NCBI GenBank assembly: GCA_005790545.1 | Contig: SXUL01000122.1 | Coordinates: forward strand, 7,249-71,248 | DNA length: 64,000 nucleotides | From: Planctomycetia bacterium | Lineage (GTDB): Bacteria > Planctomycetota > GCA-002687715 | Reading direction: 5' to 3' | Shown here: piece after piece, positions 45,173 through 54,676 of the stretch | Layout of the letters: each line of letters starts with the position of its first letter | How positions within the stretch are numbered: the stretch's first letter is position 1 | Notes under the pieces: model-generated | What the model was told of the DNA's origin: nothing | Seen by the model: only the letters and a program-made list of their open reading frames with translations | Databases searched by the model: none | Made by a program: the position numbers and the translations under genes

Positions 45173-45275
45173 GGAGTTCTCCTGCCCAGTGGGCGCCCCG
45201 TTATACCATCCAAGCCACCAAAGGCTTCGTGGAGCACCGGCAGATTCGGCCAAGTACCGTGCGCATTCACACCCC

Positions 45276-46313
45276 ATGACCACCCCCCAGAAGTCACGTT
45301 CCAAGCGAGGTTTGGCCACGCTCAGCGAGGCCGAACTCCTTGCAAGCCGCCTCTCGGACCTTGATCTCGACCTCGACGCCTCGGATTTGGGGCCACTGCG
45401 GGACCAGTTGCACAGGGATCTCGCAGCCCGCGGACTCAGCTTCCGTCCACGCTGCTACTTGAGTACGGAATGGTTCGTGGAGCAGGGAGAAACGGCCATC
45501 GCCATGCCCTTCTGGCTCGCCCACCCGCGGCTCGTGCGCCTCGAACGTCGCATGGTCATCGACGTGGAGGGCGGAACCGCCGATGCCGCCATGCGCATTC
45601 TTCGCCACGAAGCTGGCCACGCTGCGGACTACGCGTACGGGTTGGTGCGCGCGAAAGGCCGCGGCGAACTGTTCGGCCGCAGCAGCACGCCCTACCCGGA
45701 CCACTACACGCCGCGCCCGCACAGCCACTCCTTCGTACGTCACCTCGACAACTGGTATGCGCAGAGCCATCCGGATGAGGATTTCGCCGAGACCTTCGCC
45801 GTGCTGCTCACACCCGCTGATTGGCGCACGCGTTATCGCACCTGGAAGGGTGCGCTCAAGAAGCTCGAATGGATGGACGCGCTGTTCCAACGCCTCACGA
45901 AGAAGGAGCCCGTGTTGAGGGAGAGTTTCACTCACTCCATCGAGACGGACACCCGCACGCTGGCAGAGTTCTATGCGGCGCGCTTGCAAGAGTTGGCTGA
46001 AGAGAACTCGCCCGAATACGTGGATGGCGATCTGCGCCGCATCTTCGCGGCCCGCGCGCGACATCCCGGCGCGGAAGCCGCCGCAGACTTCATCCGCCGC
46101 CATCGCTCGAAACTCCGCGAGACCATCGCCCACTGGTCCGGTCTCAAGAAGTACAATGTCGACCGCATGCTCTCCGCCATGATCGCGACCTCGCGCGAAC
46201 TGGAATTGGTGCGCACGGTGGCCGAGGAATCGGCCCTCATGGAACTCGGCGCCGCCGGCGTCGCGCTTTCCAAGAACTACCTCTTCGCCGGGCGCTTCAG
46301 CATGTCTTCCTGA
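45276..46313 (+). CDS. putative zinc-binding metallopeptidase (HExxH), ATP-grasp-associated family
   Basis: HEAGH motif (ILRHEAGHAADYAYG). The ORF was trimmed to MTTPQKSRSKRG (ATG 45276). Immediately followed by an ATP-grasp gene. Confidence 0.55.
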   Translation: MTTPQKSRSKRGLATLSEAELLASRLSDLDLDLDASDLGPLRDQLHRDLAARGLSFRPRCYLSTEWFVEQGETAIAMPFWLAHPRLVRLERRMVIDVEGGTADAAMRILRHEAGHAADYAYGLVRAKGRGELFGRSSTPYPDHYTPRPHSHSFVRHLDNWYAQSHPDEDFAETFAVLLTPADWRTRYRTWKGALKKLEWMDALFQRLTKKEPVLRESFTHSIETDTRTLAEFYAARLQELAEENSPEYVDGDLRRIFAARARHPGAEAAADFIRRHRSKLRETIAHWSGLKKYNVDRMLSAMIATSRELELVRTVAEESALMELGAAGVALSKNYLFAGRFSMSS

Positions 46314-47377
46314 TGACCGACGCCAAACGAGTTCTCATCACGAGCTTCGTCTCCCGCCGCGAGGATCTCGCGGTGGATCTCGGCGCCGCGCTGAAGACTC
46401 CCGAATGGCAGAGCGAAGGCGATATTGCAAAGGCACTGCGCCGCCTCGGGCACACGACCGAGATGTGCCTGCTCTACGACGACGTGGAACCCCTCGCGCG
46501 CATGGTGCGTGAGTGGAAACCCGACATCGTCTTCAATCTCGTGGATGAGTTCCGCGGCCAGAGCGTGAACGACTGGAAGATCGCGGGGTTCCTCGAAATC
46601 CTCGGCGTGCCCTACACAGGCTGCGGACCGCGCGGACTCTTGCTCTCGAAGGACAAGGTGCTCACGAAGCAGGTCCTCCGCCACCACAGGATTCGCGTGC
46701 CGGATGCGTTCCTCGCAGAACCCGGCAATGTGGTGAAGAAGCCTGCACGTCTCGCCTGGCCGCTCATCGTGAAGACGCTCACGGAAGAAGGCTCGCGCGG
46801 CATCTCGAAGGCTTCCATCGTGCGCACTGATGAAGAACTCGCGGAGCGCGCGAGTTTCATCCACCGCACCTTCAATCAGCCGGCCCTCGTGGAGGAGTTC
46901 ATCGAGGGCCGCGAGCTCTATTCCTCCGTACTCGGCAACGCGCGGCTGCGCGTCTTCCCGCTGCGCGAGATCACCTTTGGCACGGAACAGAGTGATGCCC
47001 CCAACATCGCGAGCTTCAGCGCCAAGTGGGACGAGGAGTACCGGAAGCGCTGGGGCATCAAGAACGATTTCGCGAAGGACGTGCCCCCGGAGTTGGAACG
47101 GAAGCTCGTGCGCCTCGCGCGCCGCACCGCACGCGCCTTGAACATCGACGGCTACGCGCGCTTCGACTGGCGCCTCACCGCAGCGGGACAGCCAGTGTTG
47201 CTGGAAGCGAACCCGAACCCCTTCCTCGCAAAGAAGGAGGACTTCGCTCTCAGTGCCGAGGCGGGAGGGCTTTCCTTCGTGCGCCTTTGCTCGCGCATCC
47301 TCCGCCTCGGTTTCGAGCGTTCCGGAACGACGCCTGTCAAAGCGTCTGCTGGAACCACGCCCGCGACTTCCGCATGA
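46313..47377 (+). CDS. ATP-grasp enzyme, D-alanine--D-alanine ligase-like family
   Basis: Ddl-like N-domain. ATP-grasp motifs (KPARLAWPLIVKTLTEEGSRGIS, ALVEEFIEGRELYSSVLGN, LLEANPNP). Confidence 0.7.
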   Translation: MTDAKRVLITSFVSRREDLAVDLGAALKTPEWQSEGDIAKALRRLGHTTEMCLLYDDVEPLARMVREWKPDIVFNLVDEFRGQSVNDWKIAGFLEILGVPYTGCGPRGLLLSKDKVLTKQVLRHHRIRVPDAFLAEPGNVVKKPARLAWPLIVKTLTEEGSRGISKASIVRTDEELAERASFIHRTFNQPALVEEFIEGRELYSSVLGNARLRVFPLREITFGTEQSDAPNIASFSAKWDEEYRKRWGIKNDFAKDVPPELERKLVRLARRTARALNIDGYARFDWRLTAAGQPVLLEANPNPFLAKKEDFALSAEAGGLSFVRLCSRILRLGFERSGTTPVKASAGTTPATSA

Positions 47378-49565
47378 AGTGCAGGGCGGATGGGCCGCGG
47401 AGCCCGTGGAGTTCGCCCGGATAGAGCATGGTGTCCACGTCCACGCCACGCTCGATGCAGGCCTTCACGAAGGTGAGCGACTGCTGCCAGACCACCGTGT
47501 CATCGGAGGTGCCGTGCACCACCATGAGCCGGCCTTTCAAGCCCGCCACGTGCGTGCGTGTGTTGCTGGTCGCATAACCCTCCGCATTCTCCGCTGGCGT
47601 GTCCATGTAGCGCTCGCCGTAGCCAGTTTCATAGAAAGCCCAGTCTGTGACCGGCGCGCCCGCGAGCGCGGATTTGTAGTGTTCCCCGGCGCGGCACGCG
47701 AGGGTCAGTGTCATGAACCCGCCGTAGCTCCAGCCTGTCACGCCCACCCGCTTGGCATCCGCACCCGTGCCATGCAGCACGCTTTGCAACACGACCAATT
47801 GGTCTTCCATTTCCGGAGTGCCGAGTTTTCTGTGCACGGCCTGCTGCCAGTCGATGCCACGGTTGGGTGTGCCGCGCCCATCCGCGAAGAACACCACGTG
47901 CCCTTCGCTGGCCATGGCCGTGAGCCAGAGATTCCAGCGTCCGCCACCGCAAAGCCACTGATCCGTCACGAGCTGGTTGTGCGGCCCGCCATAAACGTAG
48001 TGGATCACCGGAGCACCTTCGGCGCGCGCTTTCATGCCGGGCGGCAGCATCATCCAGCCGTGCAACGCGCGACCATCCGGAGTCTTCACCGTGAAGAGGG
48101 AATCCGTGCCGTGCTCGAAGGATGCCAGCGGATCCGGCGCGGTGTGCAGGCGCTTCACATCCTCCTTGCCGCCGAGATTCACGAGGTCCACAGCCTTCGG
48201 CAACTCAAGATTGGTGTGCGTGTCGAGCAGCCAGTTGTCATCGGCGGAGACTTCAGCCGTGTGATGCCCACGACCAGTGGTGAGCTGACGCTGCGTGCCT
48301 TCGAGCGTGCCGTGGAAGAGATGCTTCTCCAGGGGATTCACTCCTGTGGCAATGAAGCGAAATCCCTTGCCATCCGCATCGAAGCCGGTGAAGTCGCTGA
48401 GGTCGAAATCCCCGCGCGTGAGCTGCGCGAGTTCCTTGCCGCCCGCATCGAAGAGATGCACATGCCGGAATCCTGAGCGCACCGAGATCCAGAGAAAGCG
48501 CCCTTCCCCGTTCGGGACGAAGTACGGAGGCGCTTCAGGTTCGGTCCACTCAGCATCGTCCTCGGTCAGCACCACGCCCCGCAGCTTGCCGGTGTCCGCA
48601 CTCCATGCGCGCAACTCCGTGTGATTCTGCGCGCGGTTCACATGCGCGATCCAGAGCTCCGACGCATCCGGTGTGAAGGCGATGTTGGTGTGCCACTCAT
48701 CCGCCGCGGGATCGGTTTCGAGCCAGACTGTCTTCGCAGCCGCGAGATCGTGCACACCAACGCTCACCACGCTGCTCTTCCGACCTGCCATGGGATAACG
48801 ACCGGGAACAAGCTCCGCCGGAACCGGCGTGAGGTTCACGTACGGGTAGGCATCGACCGGAGTGAAGTCCTCGCGATAGAAGGCCACCTTCTTCCCGTCC
48901 GCGGAAAACCAGAGCCCGTCCTTGATGCCGAACTCCACGCGATGCACCGAGATGCCATGGGTGAGGTCTGCGTTGCCGCCTTCAGTCACTGCGCGCCCTT
49001 CCTCGCCGCGCTTCATGACCCAGACATTGAAGTCCTTCACGAAGGCTGCGGCAGAAAGATCGGCGTTGTAGATGGCATTGCTCGAACCATCAGGCAGCCG
49101 GAACAGTTGGTCCACCGCGAGACCCTTGGCGGGCTCCGCCGCGGTCGCCCCGCGCGGCGGATGCACGCGGAAGAGCGCAACCCCGGCATCGAGGAGCAGC
49201 GACGTGCCGGATTCCTCCCAGCGCAGCCCCGCGAGCATGGCGGGCGATCCGCGGAGCCCGAAGGTCGAGAGGGCCTCCGCCACTTCCTTGCCACTCAGGA
49301 CCCGCTGCGGGCTCGCTTCACCGGGTGCTGCACGAACGAGTTCGAAATCGCCCTCCGCCTGCCGCACAAACGAGAACGCGATTTTCTTGCCGCACCACTG
49401 CAAGCCCATCAGCCCTTGAGGATTGAAGGCGGCGGGGGTCTTCAGCCAACGTTCGAGGGTGAAGCGCTCGCGCGTTGCTGCATGAGTCTTCGCAACCGTT
49501 TCCTGGGCGGGGACAAGAACAGCGGCGAGGCCGAGAAGGCCTGCGATGACGGGAAGAATGCGCAT
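47337..49565 (-). CDS. S9 family serine peptidase (dipeptidyl-peptidase IV-like)
   Basis: Signal peptide, beta-propeller region and a C-terminal alpha/beta hydrolase domain with nucleophile motif GWSYGGFMT and catalytic Asp/His. Confidence 0.85.
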   Translation of the reverse strand: MRILPVIAGLLGLAAVLVPAQETVAKTHAATRERFTLERWLKTPAAFNPQGLMGLQWCGKKIAFSFVRQAEGDFELVRAAPGEASPQRVLSGKEVAEALSTFGLRGSPAMLAGLRWEESGTSLLLDAGVALFRVHPPRGATAAEPAKGLAVDQLFRLPDGSSNAIYNADLSAAAFVKDFNVWVMKRGEEGRAVTEGGNADLTHGISVHRVEFGIKDGLWFSADGKKVAFYREDFTPVDAYPYVNLTPVPAELVPGRYPMAGRKSSVVSVGVHDLAAAKTVWLETDPAADEWHTNIAFTPDASELWIAHVNRAQNHTELRAWSADTGKLRGVVLTEDDAEWTEPEAPPYFVPNGEGRFLWISVRSGFRHVHLFDAGGKELAQLTRGDFDLSDFTGFDADGKGFRFIATGVNPLEKHLFHGTLEGTQRQLTTGRGHHTAEVSADDNWLLDTHTNLELPKAVDLVNLGGKEDVKRLHTAPDPLASFEHGTDSLFTVKTPDGRALHGWMMLPPGMKARAEGAPVIHYVYGGPHNQLVTDQWLCGGGRWNLWLTAMASEGHVVFFADGRGTPNRGIDWQQAVHRKLGTPEMEDQLVVLQSVLHGTGADAKRVGVTGWSYGGFMTLTLACRAGEHYKSALAGAPVTDWAFYETGYGERYMDTPAENAEGYATSNTRTHVAGLKGRLMVVHGTSDDTVVWQQSLTFVKACIERGVDVDTMLYPGELHGLRGPSALHFMRKSRAWFQQTL

Positions 49566-49646
49566 GAAGTGGCTCCGTGGGTGCGCGCGGATTCTCCGCT
49601 AGGATTGGCTCCCCGGAAAGTCCCGGGGACAGCAATGGAGCCACCT

Positions 49647-50114
49647 ATGGCAATGATCGCGGCAGGCGCCAAGGCGCCAGAGTTCAAGTTGGACAGTCAC
49701 ATCGGCACGTCCGTCAGTCTGTCCGATTTCGCCGGCAAGAAGAACGTGATGCTCGTCTTCTATCCGCTGGCGTTCACCCCCACTTGAAGCGTCGAAATTC
49801 CCGGACTCGAAAAGCTGAAAGGCGATTTCGAGGCCGCGAACACCCAGGTCCTGGGTGTCAGCATCGACAGCAAGTTCGCCAACAAGGCGTGGGCTGATTC
49901 CATGGGTGGAATCACCTACCCGCTCCTCTCGGACTTCAATCCGAAGGGCGCCATGGCCGCTGCCTACGGCATCTACCTCGAGGCTCGCGGCATCACCGAC
50001 CGCGCCACCGTGCTCATCGGCAAGGATGGCAGCGTGAAGTGGTCCGAGTCCGTCGGCGTGCCGGGCAAGCGCGAGGCAAAGGATCTCCTCGCGCGCGCCC
50101 AAGACTGCCGCTGA
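49647..50114 (+). CDS. AhpC/Prx-family peroxiredoxin with in-frame TGA at the peroxidatic Cys position (candidate Sec-peroxiredoxin)
   Basis: MAMIAAGAKAPEFKLDSHIGTSVSLSDFAGKKNVMLVFYPLAFTPT-TGA(49785-49787)-SVEIPGLEKL...GGITYPLLSDFNPKG...LIGKDGSVKW. Aligns with AhpC FYPLDFTFVCPTEL, with U replacing the catalytic C. GGAG RBS 6 nt before the ATG at 49647. An alternative ATG lies at 49635. Confidence 0.7.
49803..49835 (+). promoter_or_regulatory. SECIS-like hairpin downstream of in-frame UGA
   Basis: GGACUCGAAA-AGCUGAAAGGCGA-UUUCGAGGCC: about 10-bp stem with one mismatch. Begins 15 nt after the UGA. Confidence 0.35.
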
Positions 50115-51035
50115 TCACTCGTTCACGATCACCGCGGGCGCCGGCAAGCACAAGCTTCCGGCGTCCGCGTTCATTTCCACTTCCGCACCCATGGGGAGAG
50201 TGAACTGCGCGCCCTCGTGGCCGAAGCGTGCGCCGGTCATGACCGGGATGCCGAGATCTCCGCAGCGTTCCGACACGATCTCCTCGTAGCTGAATTGCGG
50301 CCGCAGTGATTCGGGCGCCGTGCCGAAACTCCCCGCCACGATGCCCGCCACGCGCTGCAAGCGGCCGCTCAGCCGGAGTTGCGTGAGCATGTTGTCCACG
50401 CGGTAGGGCGCTTCCGAGACATCTTCGAGTGCGAGAATCGCTCCGTCGAATGAAGGCTCGAAGGGTGTGCCCAGCAGACGCACCAACACCGTGAGATTGC
50501 CACCCACGAGTGGCCCGCTCGCGCTGCCGCCGTGCACGCATCGACTGCGCTCGCCAGCGAGACTCAGGGCGCGCCGGTCGCGGCCCATGATGAGTTCGAA
50601 CAGCGCGTGCTCTTCGTCGCCCTCGCGACACTCTACAACGATGGGGCCGTGGAAGCTCACCAGCCCCGCATGGCGCTGAATCGCTGCATGCAGTGCTGTC
50701 GCATCGGAGTAACCGATGAAGGGCTTCGGATGCTCTGTGAGCGCAGCGAAGTCGAGCAACGGGAGCAGGCGGAGTGCGCCTGCACCGCCGCGAAGACACC
50801 AGATGGCACCGAGGTCCGGATCTGCGAAAGCGGCGTTGAGGTCCGCGGCGCGTGCTTCATCCCGACCGGCGAGGTGGCCGTGAGCCTCGCGCGCATGCGG
50901 CGAGAGCTCAGGACGGAATCCGAGCGCTGCGATGCGAGCGAGCGCTGCGTCCACCCGCTCCGGCGGATGGACTGGCGACGAAGGCGCGACCAGCGCGATG
51001 CGCGCTCCAGGTCGAAGAGCAGGCGGCCTCAGCAT
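50115..51035 (-). CDS. ldcA: LD-carboxypeptidase (S66 peptidase, LdcA-like)
   Basis: ARIALVAPSSPV N-terminus, nucleophile motif GYSDATAL, C-terminal His region. Trimmed to MLRPPALRPGARIALV. Confidence 0.8.
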   Translation of the reverse strand: MLRPPALRPGARIALVAPSSPVHPPERVDAALARIAALGFRPELSPHAREAHGHLAGRDEARAADLNAAFADPDLGAIWCLRGGAGALRLLPLLDFAALTEHPKPFIGYSDATALHAAIQRHAGLVSFHGPIVVECREGDEEHALFELIMGRDRRALSLAGERSRCVHGGSASGPLVGGNLTVLVRLLGTPFEPSFDGAILALEDVSEAPYRVDNMLTQLRLSGRLQRVAGIVAGSFGTAPESLRPQFSYEEIVSERCGDLGIPVMTGARFGHEGAQFTLPMGAEVEMNADAGSLCLPAPAVIVNE

Positions 51036-51066
51036 GGGGATCGAGCGGGCGAAAGCCCGCACCCCC

Positions 51067-51156
51067 TCAGCAGAACTTCTGCTTGCGACGGGCCTTGTGG
51101 TTGCGCGGGCGGCGGCCGTGGTTGGCCTTGTTGATCTTGCGGCTGTTGGCTGGCAT
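51067..51156 (-). CDS. small highly basic 29-aa peptide (possible ribosome-associated bS22/THX-like protein)
   Basis: MPANSRKINKANHGRRPRNHKARRKQKFC. GGGAG RBS 6 nt upstream of the ATG. The identity is speculative. Confidence 0.3.
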   Translation of the reverse strand: MPANSRKINKANHGRRPRNHKARRKQKFC

Positions 51157-51427
51157 GGCGTGGACTCCCGGCCGCGAGTCACGGCCAATGTGAGGACCAT
51201 GTTGCGCAAGATTCGGCCCGCCTTCAAGCGCACCGGCCCGGCCAAAGTGCGCCGAAGCTTGCTCTGCTCGGACGAGCCTCCGGCCTCTCATCCTCGCTTC
51301 AAGACCCTCGGCGCCACGCGGGCCGGAGCATTCGTGGGCCGAGCCGCCATCAAATGCAGACAGGACGCGAACCCCTACGAGGTACGCATCCCGCCGGCGG
51401 CGATGTTGAACGAGAGAGTGGAGCTTC

Positions 51428-51450
51428 CTGCCGGGGCGAATCCCCGGCAG
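51428..51450 (-). terminator. hairpin downstream of tRNA-Arg(TCG), putative terminator
   Basis: Minus-strand CUGCCGGGG-AUUCG-CCCCGGCAG: perfect 9-bp stem followed by a CU-rich tract. Confidence 0.3.
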
Positions 51451-51498
51451 ACACATCTTCGGATCACGCTGCATGCACTTGAGGGCATTGATCCCGCA

Positions 51499-51572
51499 CA
51501 CGCCCGGAGGGGCTCGAACCCCCAACCTGCGGAGCCGAAGTCCGCTGCTCTATCCGATTGAGCTACGGGCGC
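51499..51572 (-). tRNA. tRNA-Arg (TCG)
   Basis: Reverse complement GCGCCCGTAGCTCAATCGGATAGAGCAGCGGACTTCGGCTCCGC...GGTTCGAGCCCC...CGGGCGTG. Anticodon loop CTTCGGC. Confidence 0.85.
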
Positions 51573-51721
51573 ACTGAGTGCAGTGTACGGCGGTCTTGTC
51601 GCCAATCACGCGCCCTGACGCAACATTCCCCCTTGCTCACCGTTGTAGGCTTCGATCCCGAACCTTGCCGAGGTCCGTTCCATCGCTCCCGCGGCCCACA
51701 AGCCGCCAGAGGTTCCCTCCC

Positions 51722-53446
51722 ATGCTCAAGCAGTTCTCCACGCTTCTCGCCATTCTCGCCCTCGCTGCTTTCGTGCACGGCCAGACGCCAGTTCTCACAG
51801 GGCTCACGCCGCCCTCCATGCTCGCTGGCGCCGGTGCCACAACGCTCACGCTGCACGGCACCGGTTTCATGGCCATGAGCACGGTGCGCATCGGAGCGCG
51901 CTCGCTCACTCCGTCGAGTCTGACATCCACACAAATCCAGGTCCTTGTGCCAGCGACGGATCTTCTCAACGCGCGAGTGCACCTCGTGCGCGTGGAGAGC
52001 AACGGCGGTGCGGTCAGCGCGGCAGTGCCCTTGCCGGTCCTCGGCGAATCCCTCGGCTCTGGTTCGTGGCATTCCCTCGCCATCGACTGCAATTCTGCGC
52101 TGTACACGTGGGGTTCCAACTTCAGCGGACAACTCGGGCTCGGGACCAACATCAATGTCGGCGTGCCCACGCGCGTCACAGGCTTCAGTGCACTCGCCGC
52201 TGAAGCTGGTCTTGGTCACACTCTCGTCGTTGCAACAGACACAACTCTTCGCAGCACCGGCCTCAACGCTTCAGGGCAACTTGGCCTCGGCAATCTCACC
52301 AGTCGCACCAGCTTCGCTGCAGTGCCAGTGGTGACGGGCGCCATTGGTGTCGCCACCGGCGCTGCGCACAGCCTCGCGCTCCTCGTTGACGGCACCGTGC
52401 TCGCATGCGGGGAGAACGCCAACGGCCAACTCGGTCTCGGCGACACCACGGATCGCACCAGCTTCACGCTCATCCCGGGACTCACGGAGGTGGTGGCCAT
52501 TGCCGCAGGCGAGAATCACTCGTTGGCGCTGCTGCGCACGGGCGCCGTGCGTTCGTGGGGCCTGAACAACGTGGGCCAACTCGGACTCGGTGACCTGGCC
52601 TCGCGTTCGTCGCCCACCGCCACCACGACGCTCACCAACGTGGTCGCGCTTGCAGCCGGTGGCTGGCACTCGCTAGCCCTCAAGGCCGACGGCAGCGTCG
52701 CCGCGTGGGGCGCGAATGTGAGCGGGCAACTCGGCCTTGCGGACACCACGGACCGCAGTTCACCAACGGCCCTCGCCCTCACGAATGTCAGCGCCATTGG
52801 CGCTGGCGAATACCACTCCCTCGTGCTTCAAGCGGGCGCCGTGTGGACGACCGGCGACAACACCAGTGGGCAACTCGCCCTCGGCGACTACACCAACCGC
52901 AGCACGTTCACCCTCGCGAGCGCGCCGGGCGCACGTATGCCTGTCGGCGCCAGCGCCCACACAGCCATGATCGGCCCCTTCGGCATTCCGTGGTCGGCTG
53001 GCAACAACACCTACGGACAACTGGGCGACGGCACCTTCCTCGTGAATCCGCTGCTTGTGCCAGCACTGTGGCTGGATCTCACCCCTGTCGTCCTCGGACT
53101 CTCGGCCACTCTCCCCAGCACCTTCACCGCCGCGGTGAACGGCGCCCTCGAACACGCGGGCCACACCTACCTCAACGCCTTCAGTGCTGACCCCTTGAAC
53201 GCCAGCGCGCCCTACCAAGGGCCTTGGTTCGGGTTGTTCGTCACCCATGACGATCTCCTGTTCCAGATCGCCATTGGAGCACCGCCCTTCGTCGGCAACC
53301 TCGACGCTCTGGGCAACACCAGCGCGTCGATCACGCTGCCTCTCGCGAGCCTCGCTGGTCTGCAGCTCTTCGCGAACTCCACCACCTGGGACCTCAACCT
53401 CGGCATTTACACCGGCTATAGCGCCATCGCGGCCTACACCTTCTGA
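51722..53446 (+). CDS. secreted RCC1-repeat (beta-propeller) protein with N-terminal IPT/TIG-like domain
   Basis: Signal peptide MLKQFSTLLAILALAAFVHGQ and seven repeats of the RCC1 signature (HSLAL...G.V..WG.N..GQLGLGD). Confidence 0.75.
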   Translation: MLKQFSTLLAILALAAFVHGQTPVLTGLTPPSMLAGAGATTLTLHGTGFMAMSTVRIGARSLTPSSLTSTQIQVLVPATDLLNARVHLVRVESNGGAVSAAVPLPVLGESLGSGSWHSLAIDCNSALYTWGSNFSGQLGLGTNINVGVPTRVTGFSALAAEAGLGHTLVVATDTTLRSTGLNASGQLGLGNLTSRTSFAAVPVVTGAIGVATGAAHSLALLVDGTVLACGENANGQLGLGDTTDRTSFTLIPGLTEVVAIAAGENHSLALLRTGAVRSWGLNNVGQLGLGDLASRSSPTATTTLTNVVALAAGGWHSLALKADGSVAAWGANVSGQLGLADTTDRSSPTALALTNVSAIGAGEYHSLVLQAGAVWTTGDNTSGQLALGDYTNRSTFTLASAPGARMPVGASAHTAMIGPFGIPWSAGNNTYGQLGDGTFLVNPLLVPALWLDLTPVVLGLSATLPSTFTAAVNGALEHAGHTYLNAFSADPLNASAPYQGPWFGLFVTHDDLLFQIAIGAPPFVGNLDALGNTSASITLPLASLAGLQLFANSTTWDLNLGIYTGYSAIAAYTF

Positions 53447-53517
53447 CCACGGCTTGTGCTGTTTCTTCGGCGCGCGCAGCCCCTGCTCTCTCCAGTTCCG
53501 CTGCACGCGCTTGAGAC

Positions 53518-53847
53518 TCACCAGCCTGCCTCCTCGTGCTCGACCACGATGCCCTTCAGCCGCGCGTTCTCCTTCTGGAGCTCGCGCTGGCGCTTCGCAG
53601 CTGCCACCTTCACACCGGCATGCTTCCGATTCCACCGGTGAATCGTCTGCCAGCTCACCTCAAGGCGCTGCAAGACCGCAGCCAACGATTCACCGCGAGC
53701 ACGGGACAGTTCCACTTCGCGGAGCTTCTTGATGACCTCTTCGGTTCCATGACGATTGCGCTCCTGCACAAGAGACTCCTCGCCCTCGAAGGGGCTGAAC
53801 TCTCTCGCAACGCATGGACCGGTTTGCGTCCGGCACCGCGCGCGCAC
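53518..53847 (-). mobile_element. IS3-family transposase OrfA-like HTH gene remnant (no OrfB)
   Basis: EEVIKKLREVELSRARGESLAAVLQRLEVSWQTIHRWNRKHAG...AKRQRELQKENARLK matches the HTH_Tnp_1 plus leucine-zipper layout of IS3/IS911 OrfA. No downstream transposase catalytic ORF, so it is a fragment. Confidence 0.5.
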
Positions 53848-53887
53848 ACCTTCGCGGCGCCGAGCGCGCCGCGAAGGGTGTGAAGGA

Positions 53888-54676
53888 TCAACGCGCTGTC
53901 GCCTTGATAATCAGTCCTTGATTCGGCTTGTGCTCGAAGAGGAAGAGAACGGCCACGCGGTCCAGCGCTCCGAGCAGCACGGGTGATTCGAAGCGCGCGC
54001 TGCGCGCGGTGCATTCGCTCTCGATCCCCGAGTGCGGCAGCAGCGAGAACTCATCCAGCACCGTCGCGGAAAGCAGGGTGTTCGCCTCGCCACCGAAGTC
54101 GAGATCGAACGCGAGCGACTGAAAGACATCGGCGGGGTTCACGTTCGCGCTTTCCACCCAGAAGATGACACCGCTGTCGCCCTGCATCGGCAACCTCGTC
54201 ACGGCGACGGGCGCATTGCGCGTGAACACAATGCCCGGAGCGATGTCCACCTCGGGTGACCAGGCGGGCGAAGTGGAGAGCACAATGGACAAGCGGACAT
54301 TGGCGCTGCTGACAGCGCCGCCGGTGTGCACCTCGATGTTGATCACATCGCCCGGCTGCAATGCGTCGATAGAGACCCTCTGTTCACCGACAAGGCCCGC
54401 GCAGGTGTGGTCGGACTTCCCCACCTTGATCTTCGTGAGGCGCGGCGGGGTTCCAGAATCCCCCGGAATGCAGCCGAGGTGAATGGTGAGGTCGGTTGCC
54501 ACCATGCCGGTGTCGTTGGCGATGAAGCCGGTGGCCGCAGGCCCGGCACACACCGGAAGCGCGGAAGACGGCATGTCGAGAGCGGCTGCGCCTCCGGTGA
54601 CGTGGATCGTGCCCAGGATCGTGGGCTGGGCGGCAAGAAAAACCGTGGACAACGCGAGAGCAAGGACGATGCGCAT
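53888..54676 (-). CDS. hypothetical secreted protein
   Basis: Signal peptide MRIVLALALSTVFLAAQP and a beta-rich, Cys-containing body. No family recognised. Confidence 0.5.
   Translation of the reverse strand: MRIVLALALSTVFLAAQPTILGTIHVTGGAAALDMPSSALPVCAGPAATGFIANDTGMVATDLTIHLGCIPGDSGTPPRLTKIKVGKSDHTCAGLVGEQRVSIDALQPGDVINIEVHTGGAVSSANVRLSIVLSTSPAWSPEVDIAPGIVFTRNAPVAVTRLPMQGDSGVIFWVESANVNPADVFQSLAFDLDFGGEANTLLSATVLDEFSLLPHSGIESECTARSARFESPVLLGALDRVAVLFLFEHKPNQGLIIKATAR

Noticed and set aside
45041-45319. 92-aa ORF called as an independent gene ending at TGA 45041
   Set aside because: The upstream 49 codons have no RBS and read as non-protein-like. The segment from MRFAIL onward (ATG at 45170-45172), read through the TGA, yields a complete HMA domain. 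It is treated as the N-terminal part of the candidate selenoprotein instead.
49599-50102. 167-aa minus-strand ORF
   Set aside because: Antisense to the peroxiredoxin reading frame, which aligns to AhpC/Prx along its whole length.
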